A stretch of DNA of 64,000 nucleotides, taken from positions 128,001-192,000 of the forward strand of contig OZ244650.1 of NCBI GenBank assembly GCA_965218785.1, read 5' to 3'. The position numbers were made by a program, and so were the translations under genes. The notes below the pieces were generated by a model that was not told where the DNA came from, ran no database searches, and was given only the letters and a program-made list of their open reading frames with translations. The DNA comes from Nitrosopumilus sp. GTDB lineage: Archaea; Thermoproteota; Nitrososphaeria; Nitrososphaerales; Nitrosopumilaceae. The stretch's first letter is position 1, and each line of letters opens with the position of its first letter. Positions 1 to 9,185 of the stretch are shown here, piece after piece.

Positions 1-711
1 GGAATTGGAGTGGGTCCCGGAGATCCCGATCTGCTTACAGTCAAGGCAGTAAAGGCAATCCATAATGCAGACATCATTATGTGTCCGGCATCCGGGGAGG
101 ACCGGCCCAGCATTGCGTTATCAGTCGTTTCATCCCTGATTGACAAATCAAAAAACCAGGATATTGTAAAACTGATATTTCCGATGACAAAAGACAGGGA
201 CGTTCTAGAGCAGACATGGAAAAAAAACGCCAAGATAATGGCAAATACGGTCCTGTCAGGAAAGAACGTCGTTTATCTTACCGTGGGTGATCCATACCTG
301 TACAGCACGTGGATCTACATGCACAAGGATCTTACAGAAAACTATCCGGACATGCAGATCAGCGTAATACCTGGAATCGTCTCCATCTTTACGTTTGCCT
401 CAAAGGTGGGCGTCAGTATTGCAGAGGGCTCAGAAAAGGTGGCAATCATCCCGTCGTGCTACGATCTGTCTAGTGTAAAGGAGATTGCAAAACACTCCGA
501 GACCCTGGTGTTTCTCAAGGACGGGAGATACTTTGATAAGGTGATCCAGGTTCTCAGGGAGTCGGGATTTCCAGATGATTCCATCTTTGCAATAGGGCAG
601 GATCTTGGAACAGAAAACGAGATCATCAGAAAACTGACTCTGGCTCAGGCAGATGACGGAGTCACGCTTGCTACAAAATATTTCTCAATACTGGTGGTAA
701 AGCGTGTCTGA
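1..711 (+). CDS. cbiL: Precorrin-2/cobalt-factor II C20-methyltransferase (5' truncated by window edge)
   Basis: Frame open from base 1 (GIGVGPGDPDLLT); tetrapyrrole methylase motifs GDPxxYST and IPGIVS; followed by cbiF. Confidence 0.9.
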   Translation, partial: GIGVGPGDPDLLTVKAVKAIHNADIIMCPASGEDRPSIALSVVSSLIDKSKNQDIVKLIFPMTKDRDVLEQTWKKNAKIMANTVLSGKNVVYLTVGDPYLYSTWIYMHKDLTENYPDMQISVIPGIVSIFTFASKVGVSIAEGSEKVAIIPSCYDLSSVKEIAKHSETLVFLKDGRYFDKVIQVLRESGFPDDSIFAIGQDLGTENEIIRKLTLAQADDGVTLATKYFSILVVKRV

Positions 712-1468
712 TGTATTTTTTGTCGGATGCGGTCCCGGCGATCCGGAACTAATCACGATCAAGGCTAAAAAATTAATTCAAAAGGCAGACGTTGTAGTGT
801 ATTCGGGCTCATTAATCCCACCGCCAATTCTGAATCTTTGCAAGCGGGGGAAACTACACGATGCCTCAAAACTGATCCGAGAAGAGATCTTTGATCTGCT
901 GTATAAAAACGCGAAAAAAGGAAGACTGGTGGTAAGATTACATGACGGTGATCCGTCAATTTATGGCGCCATAAAAGAGCAGATTGACAACCTCGAGAAG
1001 AAGGGAATCCACTCGACTGTAGTTCCGGGAGTCACCGCGTTTTTAGCATCGGCTGCCGCACTTTGTACACAGCTCACGCTTCCCGGTGTCACGCAAACAA
1101 TTATTGTAACCAGGGCAGAATCGCGAACCAAAGTCCCAAAACGCGAGAGGATCTCCGAGCTTGCAAAGCACGGGGCAACACTAATTTTTTATCTCAGTGT
1201 GCACCTTCTCTCAGAACTTACCGCAGAAGCAGTTGCAGGAGGATACAAAAAATCAACGCCCGTGGCAGTGGTATACAGGGCAAGCTGGAAGGATCAAAAA
1301 ATTGTAAAGGGCACGCTTGGCGATATCACAGATAAGGTCAAGGCAGAAAAAATTACCAGGACTGCCATCGTTATAATCAGTGATGTCATAGACCCGGAGA
1401 CATACGAGTATTCAAAGTTGTATGACAAGAACTTTAGTCACGGTTACAGAAAGAAAAGCAAGAAATAG
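704..1468 (+). CDS. cbiF: Precorrin-4/cobalt-precorrin-4 C11-methyltransferase
   Basis: GCGPGDPELIT, YSGSL, RLHDGDPSIYGA, and C-terminal SKLYDKNFSHGYR typical of CobM/CbiF. Confidence 0.93.
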   Translation: MSDVFFVGCGPGDPELITIKAKKLIQKADVVVYSGSLIPPPILNLCKRGKLHDASKLIREEIFDLLYKNAKKGRLVVRLHDGDPSIYGAIKEQIDNLEKKGIHSTVVPGVTAFLASAAALCTQLTLPGVTQTIIVTRAESRTKVPKRERISELAKHGATLIFYLSVHLLSELTAEAVAGGYKKSTPVAVVYRASWKDQKIVKGTLGDITDKVKAEKITRTAIVIISDVIDPETYEYSKLYDKNFSHGYRKKSKK

Positions 1469-1488
1469 ATTAAAGATATCAGAAATAG

Positions 1489-2262
1489 TTACGTCAGTTC
1501 CAGTCCGGAGATCTTGCTTTTGATTCCAACATGACACAGTTTTTCCTCCAGTTCGTGGGTATCACCTGAAGTAAAGATCTGCAGTGAATTTTTTTTTGAG
1601 GTACCTGCGTACTTTTTACCTAATCGTTCTGCCAGTGATACGCTGGGATCAACAAAGACAACATCTGGAAAAATCTCTTTAAGAAATTTCAAAAGAAACG
1701 GAAGATGCGTACTTGAGAGTGTTGCCACATCCACGTCATTATCAGCAAATATCGGACCCAGTATCTTTCTGATGATGTTACCGCACAACACGGGATCTGA
1801 ATAGAATTTACCGCTCTCCACTAGCTCGACTAGGTCAGATGTATTGATTTTGATAATTTTGATACTGCCTATATTGGAATTTCCGATGTACTCATCTAGT
1901 AGCCTGCTCTTTACAATCGACTCTGTTGCCATTATTCCGATTGTACCACTCTTTGTTATCTCTGATGCCTCACGCAACGGAGGCAGCACGGTTAGAACGT
2001 TCCCCAGCTGCGGATCCATCGCAAGTGACAGCGTGTTTGAGCCTACTATGATCAGTTCTGGTTTAAACAGGCTTTCAAGCCTGCTGACCGTATTTTCCGC
2101 GATTGCCTTAATCTCCCTGATCGACTTTCTTCCATATGGAAAATTTTTGGTATCGGCAAAATACACGATATCGCACTTGATCTGCCTTTGTATCTGCCTT
2201 ATAACGGACAGCGAACCCAGACCAGAGTCAAATACGACGATTTTTACCATATCTGAAACCAT
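1489..2262 (-). CDS. Glutamate racemase (MurI)-like protein with both catalytic Cys replaced by Ser
   Basis: FDSGLGSLSV, ADxxxFPYG and ATxS motifs of MurI; GSNT and SSTHLP in place of ACNT and GCTHYP. Confidence 0.8.
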   Translation of the reverse strand: MVSDMVKIVVFDSGLGSLSVIRQIQRQIKCDIVYFADTKNFPYGRKSIREIKAIAENTVSRLESLFKPELIIVGSNTLSLAMDPQLGNVLTVLPPLREASEITKSGTIGIMATESIVKSRLLDEYIGNSNIGSIKIIKINTSDLVELVESGKFYSDPVLCGNIIRKILGPIFADNDVDVATLSSTHLPFLLKFLKEIFPDVVFVDPSVSLAERLGKKYAGTSKKNSLQIFTSGDTHELEEKLCHVGIKSKISGLELT

Positions 2263-2353
2263 ATCAAACGTGATTTATTTTGTTAGCTAAATTTAATCTA
2301 AAGTTGATCTAAATATACACCCCTGATTAAGAGTGAATTTCTAAATCACAAGC

Positions 2354-3004
2354 ATGCCAAACTTCGATAAAACTTGGGCTCGACAGGAGACCCAAAGTGT
2401 AACTGGCAAACTCCGTGAAGCAGTAAAGCCTCAAGGTGCGTTAAAACCACGAATTCAGACTGCAGTAAACAAGCTACAGGTTCAAATATCCAAAATGGAC
2501 TCGATGCTGACAAAACTGCACGAAAGGGACGCCCAGCTCTTTCAGAGGGTCGTGGCGGCAATGCAGCAGCATGATACTAGCACAAGCAGGGTTTTGTCCA
2601 ACGAATTAGCTGAAATTCGCAAGGTTACAAAGATGCTCGGTAACGCAAGAATGTCATTAGAACAGGTCCAACTTAGACTGACAACTATTCATGATCTTGG
2701 AGACGCAATGGTGGCAATCGGACCGGCGATGTCTACAATGAAGGGATTAAAGTCCTCATTGGGAAGATTCATGCCAGAAGCAGACTCTGAGTTGAACACG
2801 ATGACCCAGACACTTAACGGACTGATGATGGACTCCCTTGCAGGAGACTCGTTTAACATGGAATCAGACGTTTCAAGTGAAGAGACAGAAAGGATTCTAC
2901 AGGAAGCATCTGCGGTAGCCGAACAACAGATAGGAGACAAATTCCCATCTGTCCCATCATCCACAGGACTTTCGTCCCAAAGCTCTACATCTACATTTGA
3001 GTAG
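2354..3004 (+). CDS. cdvB: ESCRT-III/Snf7-family cell division protein (CdvB paralogue)
   Basis: Helical Snf7-like core (NELAEIRK, LEQVQLRLTT) and C-terminal acidic EEtErILQEA helix. Confidence 0.85.
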   Translation: MPNFDKTWARQETQSVTGKLREAVKPQGALKPRIQTAVNKLQVQISKMDSMLTKLHERDAQLFQRVVAAMQQHDTSTSRVLSNELAEIRKVTKMLGNARMSLEQVQLRLTTIHDLGDAMVAIGPAMSTMKGLKSSLGRFMPEADSELNTMTQTLNGLMMDSLAGDSFNMESDVSSEETERILQEASAVAEQQIGDKFPSVPSSTGLSSQSSTSTFE

Positions 3005-3021
3005 AGACAGACGAACAGTTC

Positions 3022-3040
3022 ATTATTTTTTATTTTTTTT
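3022..3040 (+). terminator. T-rich tract, probable archaeal intrinsic terminator between convergent genes
   Basis: Oligo-T runs immediately after the cdvB stop codon. Confidence 0.35.
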
Positions 3041-3050
3041 AGTCATTTGG

Positions 3051-4220
3051 TTACTGCCACAGTTTTTCCCTGAACGTCCATTTCTTATTCAGGATAAAGT
3101 TGCTAAATGCCCCGGTCAGAACGCCCACACCCAGCGCTGCCGTATACATCCAGTCATGACTATCCACTAGTGAGAAGACGACACCGAGCTGAATCAACGC
3201 GCCAAGCGAGCTAAACGCAATAAACTTTGAATACTGTGAAATCGTCACCTTGAATGCAAAGTTTCTGTCACCAAACGTCCACCATTTGTTTAATACAAAG
3301 TTTGAAGTCATCGAGGCAATTATTCCAATGATGTTTGCATGAATGTACCAGATTTCCGTGATTCCAACTGAGAACATTAATGATATGAGATAATTGATTG
3401 CAAATCCCGCCGCGCCGACAGTGTAGAACCGGCCTGCCTTTGAGAGGAACCTTACGGACTTTTTCTTTTCCTTGTGCTCGGCCGACCTGCCAAAACGGTA
3501 CAGCTTCCAGACGGATTTGGTGTAGTCAAGTATTGTAGATGAATCCATCTTGCTTGAACCAAACGTCCTGTTCTGAAACGTGTAGGGGATTTCTTTTACG
3601 CAAAGCTCCCTTTTTTTGACCAGGATCTCCAGGAGAATCTTAAATCCAATCGCGTCAAAGTTCAATCCCTTTAGTATTCCCTTTCTGAATGCAAAAAATC
3701 CCGACATGGGATCATCAGTCTTTACATCAAGGCCCTTTTTTGCAATCATCGTTGCAATCCTGCTTAGCAGCTTTCGCTTCTTGTTCCATCCTTTTATCTG
3801 GCCGCCGGTGATGTATCTGGATGCCACCACCATGTCGCACTGGTACTTCTTTAGGGCATCAATCATCTTTGGAATAATCTGCGGAGGATGCGAGAGATCA
3901 CTATCCATTACAACGATTGTATCACCGGTTGCACGCTGGATGCCGCTAAGTATTGCCGAGCTCAGTCCGTTTTTTGTCCTTCTGTGTATGACATCAATGG
4001 TGTATCCTGCAATCTTTTTTACGTTACTCCTGTAATCATCAACAATTTTACCTGTACCATCCGGAGAGTTGTCATCAACTACTATTGCCTCAGTAAAGAT
4101 GCTTTTTGGAATGGTTTCACCGATGGATTTTAACACATTGAGGATGTTTTGTGATTCGTTGTATGTGGGAATAATTATTGAGATCTGGGGGTTTTTCCCG
4201 TTTCTGGTTTCAAGTGCCAT
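3051..4220 (-). CDS. Dolichol-phosphate mannosyltransferase-like GT2 fused to GtrA-like membrane domain
   Basis: IIIPTYNE, VDDNSPDGT, MDSDLSHPP, DPMSGFF; C-terminal TM helices with NFxLNKxWTF repeats. Confidence 0.88.
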   Translation of the reverse strand: MALETRNGKNPQISIIIPTYNESQNILNVLKSIGETIPKSIFTEAIVVDDNSPDGTGKIVDDYRSNVKKIAGYTIDVIHRRTKNGLSSAILSGIQRATGDTIVVMDSDLSHPPQIIPKMIDALKKYQCDMVVASRYITGGQIKGWNKKRKLLSRIATMIAKKGLDVKTDDPMSGFFAFRKGILKGLNFDAIGFKILLEILVKKRELCVKEIPYTFQNRTFGSSKMDSSTILDYTKSVWKLYRFGRSAEHKEKKKSVRFLSKAGRFYTVGAAGFAINYLISLMFSVGITEIWYIHANIIGIIASMTSNFVLNKWWTFGDRNFAFKVTISQYSKFIAFSSLGALIQLGVVFSLVDSHDWMYTAALGVGVLTGAFSNFILNKKWTFREKLWQ

Positions 4221-4327
4221 TTAATTAGAAGAAAAAATCAGTAGTTATTAATTTTTTAATAAATTTTCTAGGTTTCAAGCCTAAAATTACGATGTTGATT
4301 GGAAAAACAGGTTAATTACCGGATCTG

Positions 4328-4392
4328 GTTGAGGTAGTATCTGCTGATTTGATCGATGGGTACCCCAAAGATGATGTGTAGATGACTCAACA
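4328..4392 (+). ncRNA. Candidate K-turn hairpin sRNA (L7Ae-binding, H/ACA-like or atypical C/D)
   Basis: Nested stems GTTGAG/CTCAAC, ATCTGC/GTAGAT and TTTG/CAAA with CTGA (4344-4347) opposite ATGATG (4371-4376); ACA at 4390-4392. Confidence 0.4.
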
Positions 4393-4405
4393 ATAACCCA
4401 TTTAA

Positions 4406-5863
4406 TTATGGAAACGCAGTTGATTTGATTATAGTATCATCTATCTCTGAAATCTTTATCCTGTACTGTTCCATGGAATCCCTTTTTCTAACTGTAACCG
4501 TATCATCCTCTAGCGTCTGATGATCAACTGTTACTGCAAACGGCGCGCCAACCTCGTCTAACCTGCGGTATCTTCTTCCTATGGCCCCCGAATGATCCAA
4601 AAACGCATCACACTTTCTCTTGATCTGCGAAAAAATCTCATCTGTCTTCTCCTTGAGGCCGTCCTTTTTTACCAGGGATAAAATTCCAACATGAACCGGT
4701 GCCAGATACGGTTTTATAGATAACACCATCCGCTCGTGTTCCTTGTCTTCTTTGAGGCTGTGCTCCAGGATGGTGTACAGACTCCGGTCAATTCCCATGG
4801 AGATCTCAAAGACGTGGGGAAGAACCTTGTCTTCATTATCCATCACCTCGAATTTTTCCCCGCTGTGTTTTGCGTGACTGGACAGGTCGTAATCAGATCT
4901 GTAGTTGCACGCAACTAGCTCAAGCCATCCAACTGCAGTCTCCACCTCAAAGTCATAGGCAACCTCTGCATAGAATGCCTTTTCTTTTTCACCGAGCCGT
5001 CTGAACCTGCTTTTTGTAATGTCAATTCCGGTTTTTTCATAAAACTCGGTTAGTATTCCCAGATAATATGCGACAAACCTGTTTGGTACGGCACCTGATT
5101 CCACTGCTTCACTGCACGTCATGGACACCGGTGTTGCATCTGTCTGAATCCTGATTATGGTATCCTGGATCTCTGGGAATTTTTCCATCTCTGCGAGCTT
5201 TGCAGGATTGCAAAACACCTCGATCTCTGCCTGATAAAACTCCCGAAGACGTAGAAGACTCTGTCTTGGAGCTATCTCATTTCTAAAACTTTTTCCAACC
5301 TGGGCAACGCCCAGTGGTAGCCTTCCCCTCATGGTCTTAAAGAGCCTGGGAAAGTCCACAAAGATTGACTGACACGTCTCTGGTCTGAGGTATGCCTCCT
5401 CTTCTTGCGGACCAATACCAATCCGGAACATCATGTTGAAATTCCTTGTCTTCTCAAAATCCCCCTTGCATTTTGGACATCTTATACCGTTCTCTGAGAT
5501 GGCATTATCAAACTCGGTCAAATCAGCGCTTTCAGGAATCTCGATCTGCGCAGTCTCGGCAATCATTCTATCTGCCCTGAATGTAGAGTTACACTTGACA
5601 CACTTTATTATTGGATCCGCAAAGTTACTTAGATGACCTGATGCCTCAAAGACTGACTTTGACATTATCTGGGAACCGTCAATCTCCAGCATTCCATCCC
5701 TCCTGACAAGCTCCCTTCTCCATAACTCTAAAAATTTATTTTTCAGACTGACTCCAGACGGTCCATACTCCCAGAATCCCGCCTGGGCATCGGCGTAAAC
5801 CTCACAGCTGGGAAAGTAAAATCCCCGCTCAAGTGCCAACTTTATTACTGCGTCATAATCCAT
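4406..5863 (-). CDS. glyS: Glycine-tRNA ligase (alpha2 type)
   Basis: YLRPETCQ, GKSFRNEIAPR, LREFYQAEIE, and anticodon-binding GRRYRRLDEVG. Confidence 0.96.
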   Translation of the reverse strand: MDYDAVIKLALERGFYFPSCEVYADAQAGFWEYGPSGVSLKNKFLELWRRELVRRDGMLEIDGSQIMSKSVFEASGHLSNFADPIIKCVKCNSTFRADRMIAETAQIEIPESADLTEFDNAISENGIRCPKCKGDFEKTRNFNMMFRIGIGPQEEEAYLRPETCQSIFVDFPRLFKTMRGRLPLGVAQVGKSFRNEIAPRQSLLRLREFYQAEIEVFCNPAKLAEMEKFPEIQDTIIRIQTDATPVSMTCSEAVESGAVPNRFVAYYLGILTEFYEKTGIDITKSRFRRLGEKEKAFYAEVAYDFEVETAVGWLELVACNYRSDYDLSSHAKHSGEKFEVMDNEDKVLPHVFEISMGIDRSLYTILEHSLKEDKEHERMVLSIKPYLAPVHVGILSLVKKDGLKEKTDEIFSQIKRKCDAFLDHSGAIGRRYRRLDEVGAPFAVTVDHQTLEDDTVTVRKRDSMEQYRIKISEIDDTIIKSTAFP

Positions 5864-5893
5864 GTCCGATTCACTTTATCATTGAATAAATTT

Positions 5894-6733
5894 CTACGCA
5901 AATTCCTTTGCTTTTCTAATGTTCTCAAAGTCGTCCCTGTCATCATCAATCGGGGTCTCTAAAATTATTGGAATTTTTTTCCTGTTTGCAAATTTTATGA
6001 TCTGGGATATTCCCTCCTCGCCGATTCCACCCAGACCCAGATGGTAGTGCCTGTCAAGGTTGCATCCCATCTCGCCCCTTGCATCATTTAGATGTAGAAT
6101 CTTTAAATTTTCTATTCCCACGTATCTGTCAAATTCCTCGAATGTCTCCTTGACTTTTTCCTTGGTTCTCAAATCATATCCTGAAACAAATGCATGACAG
6201 GAATCAAGACAGATGCCAAACTTTTTTGCCGGCTTTAGCTGCTTGAAGATCTCCCCCAGCTGTTTGAATTCAGAACCAACAGAATTTTTCTGGCCTGCCG
6301 TGTTCTCCAATAAAATTACCACGTCGTTTTTTGTCTGGCCTGCCTTTGTCAAGCCCTTTACCAGTTTTTTGATTCCCGCCTCATCACCGGTTCCAAGATG
6401 GCTTCCAAGATGTGTCACCAGATATGGAATTCCCAGCTGGGCACACCGCTCGACTTCACCGAGTAATGTCTTTAATGATTTTTCAAATCCGTCATCCTTT
6501 GGAGTCGCAAGATTTGGCAGATACGGCATGTGTGCACAGATTGCAAGCCTGTCAATGTTGCTCTTTTTTAATTTTGACTTGAAATTAGAGATGTCTTCCT
6601 CGGTGAGTTCCTTTGCATGCCATCCCCTTGGATTCCTGGTAAATATCTGAAACGCAGAGCATTTTCTTTCAACGGCGTTATCTACTGCCTTGTCAATTGA
6701 TCCTGATATTGAGACGTGGCATCCGATCTGCAT
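5894..6733 (-). CDS. nfo: Endonuclease IV (AP endonuclease)
   Basis: HMPYLPNLA, LLENTAG, CLDSCH, HLND, DRH and ILETP metal-binding motifs. Confidence 0.95.
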   Translation of the reverse strand: MQIGCHVSISGSIDKAVDNAVERKCSAFQIFTRNPRGWHAKELTEEDISNFKSKLKKSNIDRLAICAHMPYLPNLATPKDDGFEKSLKTLLGEVERCAQLGIPYLVTHLGSHLGTGDEAGIKKLVKGLTKAGQTKNDVVILLENTAGQKNSVGSEFKQLGEIFKQLKPAKKFGICLDSCHAFVSGYDLRTKEKVKETFEEFDRYVGIENLKILHLNDARGEMGCNLDRHYHLGLGGIGEEGISQIIKFANRKKIPIILETPIDDDRDDFENIRKAKEFA

Positions 6734-6988
6734 ATTACAACGTCTTTCCAGAACAATTTAAACACTTTTTTACAGTTTATTTGGAGGCAGAACCGATTTG
6801 GGCTTTGAATCGTCAGCAGGGCAGATGCTGGATTTTGCAGTTAATATTATATCAAAACAAGTCCAAGCCCTCGATCTATAGATCATAATATATAGAATCT
6901 GCCGATCTTTGCCATCAGACACGTATTCATGTATAACAGATACAAATCATAAAACCAGATTTTTAAGTAAATAACGTGAATCACTATC

Positions 6989-8014
6989 ATGCTTGCATTA
7001 GGACAGGATGAAATTGCAAAATACCCGTTTTTAGCAGATGCCGGCCAGTATCTCAAAGACAAAGGATTCACACTAGAGCAGTTTGGCACGGATCCTGATC
7101 TAAAACCCCTAGTTGAAAAGGCGTTTGCCCGAATCCTGGTTGCAGCAGAGGGGGACGTCTACAAGTCTAATTTGACAGGAGATAAAGTATCAAAGGAGGC
7201 GGCACTACCACTGGAGGTCTTTTCATTTCTGCTGGCCATCGTATTATTGAAACTAACCGGAATGCACACCCTGATCAAGCGATTTTCACTTGCAGAGGCA
7301 AGACGTGCAGAAAAATATCTTGAAAGGGATCTGGCAAACATCTCAGACGAGTCAAAAAAACAGCTGGCAATCAGAGTAATCAACGATCTTTTCTCAGTCA
7401 AAGTTGAAAAGATAGATGACTACTTTGTCATTCCAGTCTCGGACTATCTAAAACACTCGATTAATTTTCATGAAAGAGAATGGAAGCTAGTTAACAGGCG
7501 TGTGGAGGGCGGACAGGTGTTTCTTACCCCGCATGAGACTGTCAGACTGATAAGAAGGGAACTGGGAACATACATCAGCTCAAAAATTATCGGCGGAAAA
7601 ACCCCTGGGATGATTCCCGGATTCGAAGAGTTTGTAGCCAGACTTTATGCACTCTCAAAAAAATTTGCAACATTTACCGTGGATACCGGAGTGTATCCTC
7701 CATGCATAAAACATGCAGTTGCCGTGCTTGAAAAAGGCGAGAATCTGCCACATTCTGGAAGATTCATGCTTGCCACCTTTCTGTTATCAAAAGGCCAGAC
7801 AATCGAACAGATTGCACCGCTGTTTAAAAACGCCCCGGACTACAAAGAACGAGTCACGTTATACCAGCTGAACCACCTGGCAGGAACCACTGGGGGCGGC
7901 ACGCGGTATTCCTGCCCCTCGTGTGAAAAACTAAAGACACAAAATCTTTGTTTTGCCATACCTGAATGTGATAATATCATCAATCCCATACAGTTTGGAA
8001 GGAAGAGAAAATGA
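6989..8014 (+). CDS. priL: DNA primase large subunit
   Basis: YPPCI, LPHSGRFML and C-terminal Fe-S cysteines (CPSC...C...C); adjacent to priS. Confidence 0.92.
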   Translation: MLALGQDEIAKYPFLADAGQYLKDKGFTLEQFGTDPDLKPLVEKAFARILVAAEGDVYKSNLTGDKVSKEAALPLEVFSFLLAIVLLKLTGMHTLIKRFSLAEARRAEKYLERDLANISDESKKQLAIRVINDLFSVKVEKIDDYFVIPVSDYLKHSINFHEREWKLVNRRVEGGQVFLTPHETVRLIRRELGTYISSKIIGGKTPGMIPGFEEFVARLYALSKKFATFTVDTGVYPPCIKHAVAVLEKGENLPHSGRFMLATFLLSKGQTIEQIAPLFKNAPDYKERVTLYQLNHLAGTTGGGTRYSCPSCEKLKTQNLCFAIPECDNIINPIQFGRKRK

Positions 8015-9144
8015 GAGAACCTGACATCCGGTTCCTGGAGGACTCTTTTAAAAAATATTATTTCGAGCATTCTGATCTGATCCAGGTACCACTACGTTCT
8101 ATGGAAAGAGAGTACGGCTATCAGAAATTTAATTCCGGAATGAACCGCCACATCTCAATTAAAGACGACAAGGAACTACACCTGTTATTTATGCAAAACA
8201 TTCCCTCGGATGTTTATTGCTCCAATGCCTGTTACACATTTCCAAATTTACCGATGAATGAAAAAGACTGGAAGGAGGCGGATCTGATCTTTGATATTGA
8301 CGCAAAGGATCTTGATCTACCATGCAGGGAGAATCACACGGTATCAATATGCAGTGACTGCAACAAGACCACAAAAAATTCAGGATCGCACTGTCCTGAA
8401 TGCAACTCTACAAAAATAGAAAAAAAATCCCTGCCATGCAAAATCTGCATTGATTCTTCAAAGAAACAGGTGGATAATCTAAAAAAGATTCTGATTGCCG
8501 ACCTTGGAGTAGATGCCAAGGACATCCACGTTTATTTTTCTGGCAACGAGGGGTTTCATGTCTACGTGTATAACTCACAGTTTCAGCAGATCGGATCCAA
8601 GGAAAGATCCGATCTGGTGGATTACATCATGTTTAATGGCGCCATTCCAGAGACGTTTGGAATGAAAAAATTCAAACCAAAAAAAGAGCTGTTTCCAAAC
8701 TTGGATGAAAAGGGATGGCGGGGAAGATTTGCCAAAAATGCCTTTGGCTCCAAATCAAACCGTGCAAAGATGGTCTCCCAGCTGACCAAGAACCCCACGG
8801 GTCAGTACCCGCTGTTTCAAGATATGCTTGTTACTGCCTCCGATGAGATCGGGGTAAAAATTGATCCCAACGTAACAACGGATATCCACAGAATCTTCAG
8901 GCTTCCTGGCTCCATTAACAGCAAAAGCGGACTGACAAAAATTCATTGTGATGACTTGGCAAGCTTTGAGCCATATTCTGATGCATGTCTTCTTGGTGAT
9001 GAACTAGTGGAGATATCTGCAAATTCCCCGGTAAAATTCTCTCTTAAAAACCATAAATTCGGTCCATACGCAAATGAAACAATCGCGGTTCCAACATATG
9101 CCGCAGCATACATGATATGCAAGAAACTGGCAACAATGGCTTGA
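8011..9144 (+). CDS. priS: DNA primase small (catalytic) subunit
   Basis: DLIFDIDAKD, FSGNEGFH and IDPNVTTDIHRIFRLPGS AEP motifs. Confidence 0.95.
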   Translation: MREPDIRFLEDSFKKYYFEHSDLIQVPLRSMEREYGYQKFNSGMNRHISIKDDKELHLLFMQNIPSDVYCSNACYTFPNLPMNEKDWKEADLIFDIDAKDLDLPCRENHTVSICSDCNKTTKNSGSHCPECNSTKIEKKSLPCKICIDSSKKQVDNLKKILIADLGVDAKDIHVYFSGNEGFHVYVYNSQFQQIGSKERSDLVDYIMFNGAIPETFGMKKFKPKKELFPNLDEKGWRGRFAKNAFGSKSNRAKMVSQLTKNPTGQYPLFQDMLVTASDEIGVKIDPNVTTDIHRIFRLPGSINSKSGLTKIHCDDLASFEPYSDACLLGDELVEISANSPVKFSLKNHKFGPYANETIAVPTYAAAYMICKKLATMA

Positions 9145-9185
9145 TTTTGCTGGGAAGACATTAATTTACCAAATCACAAGAAAAT

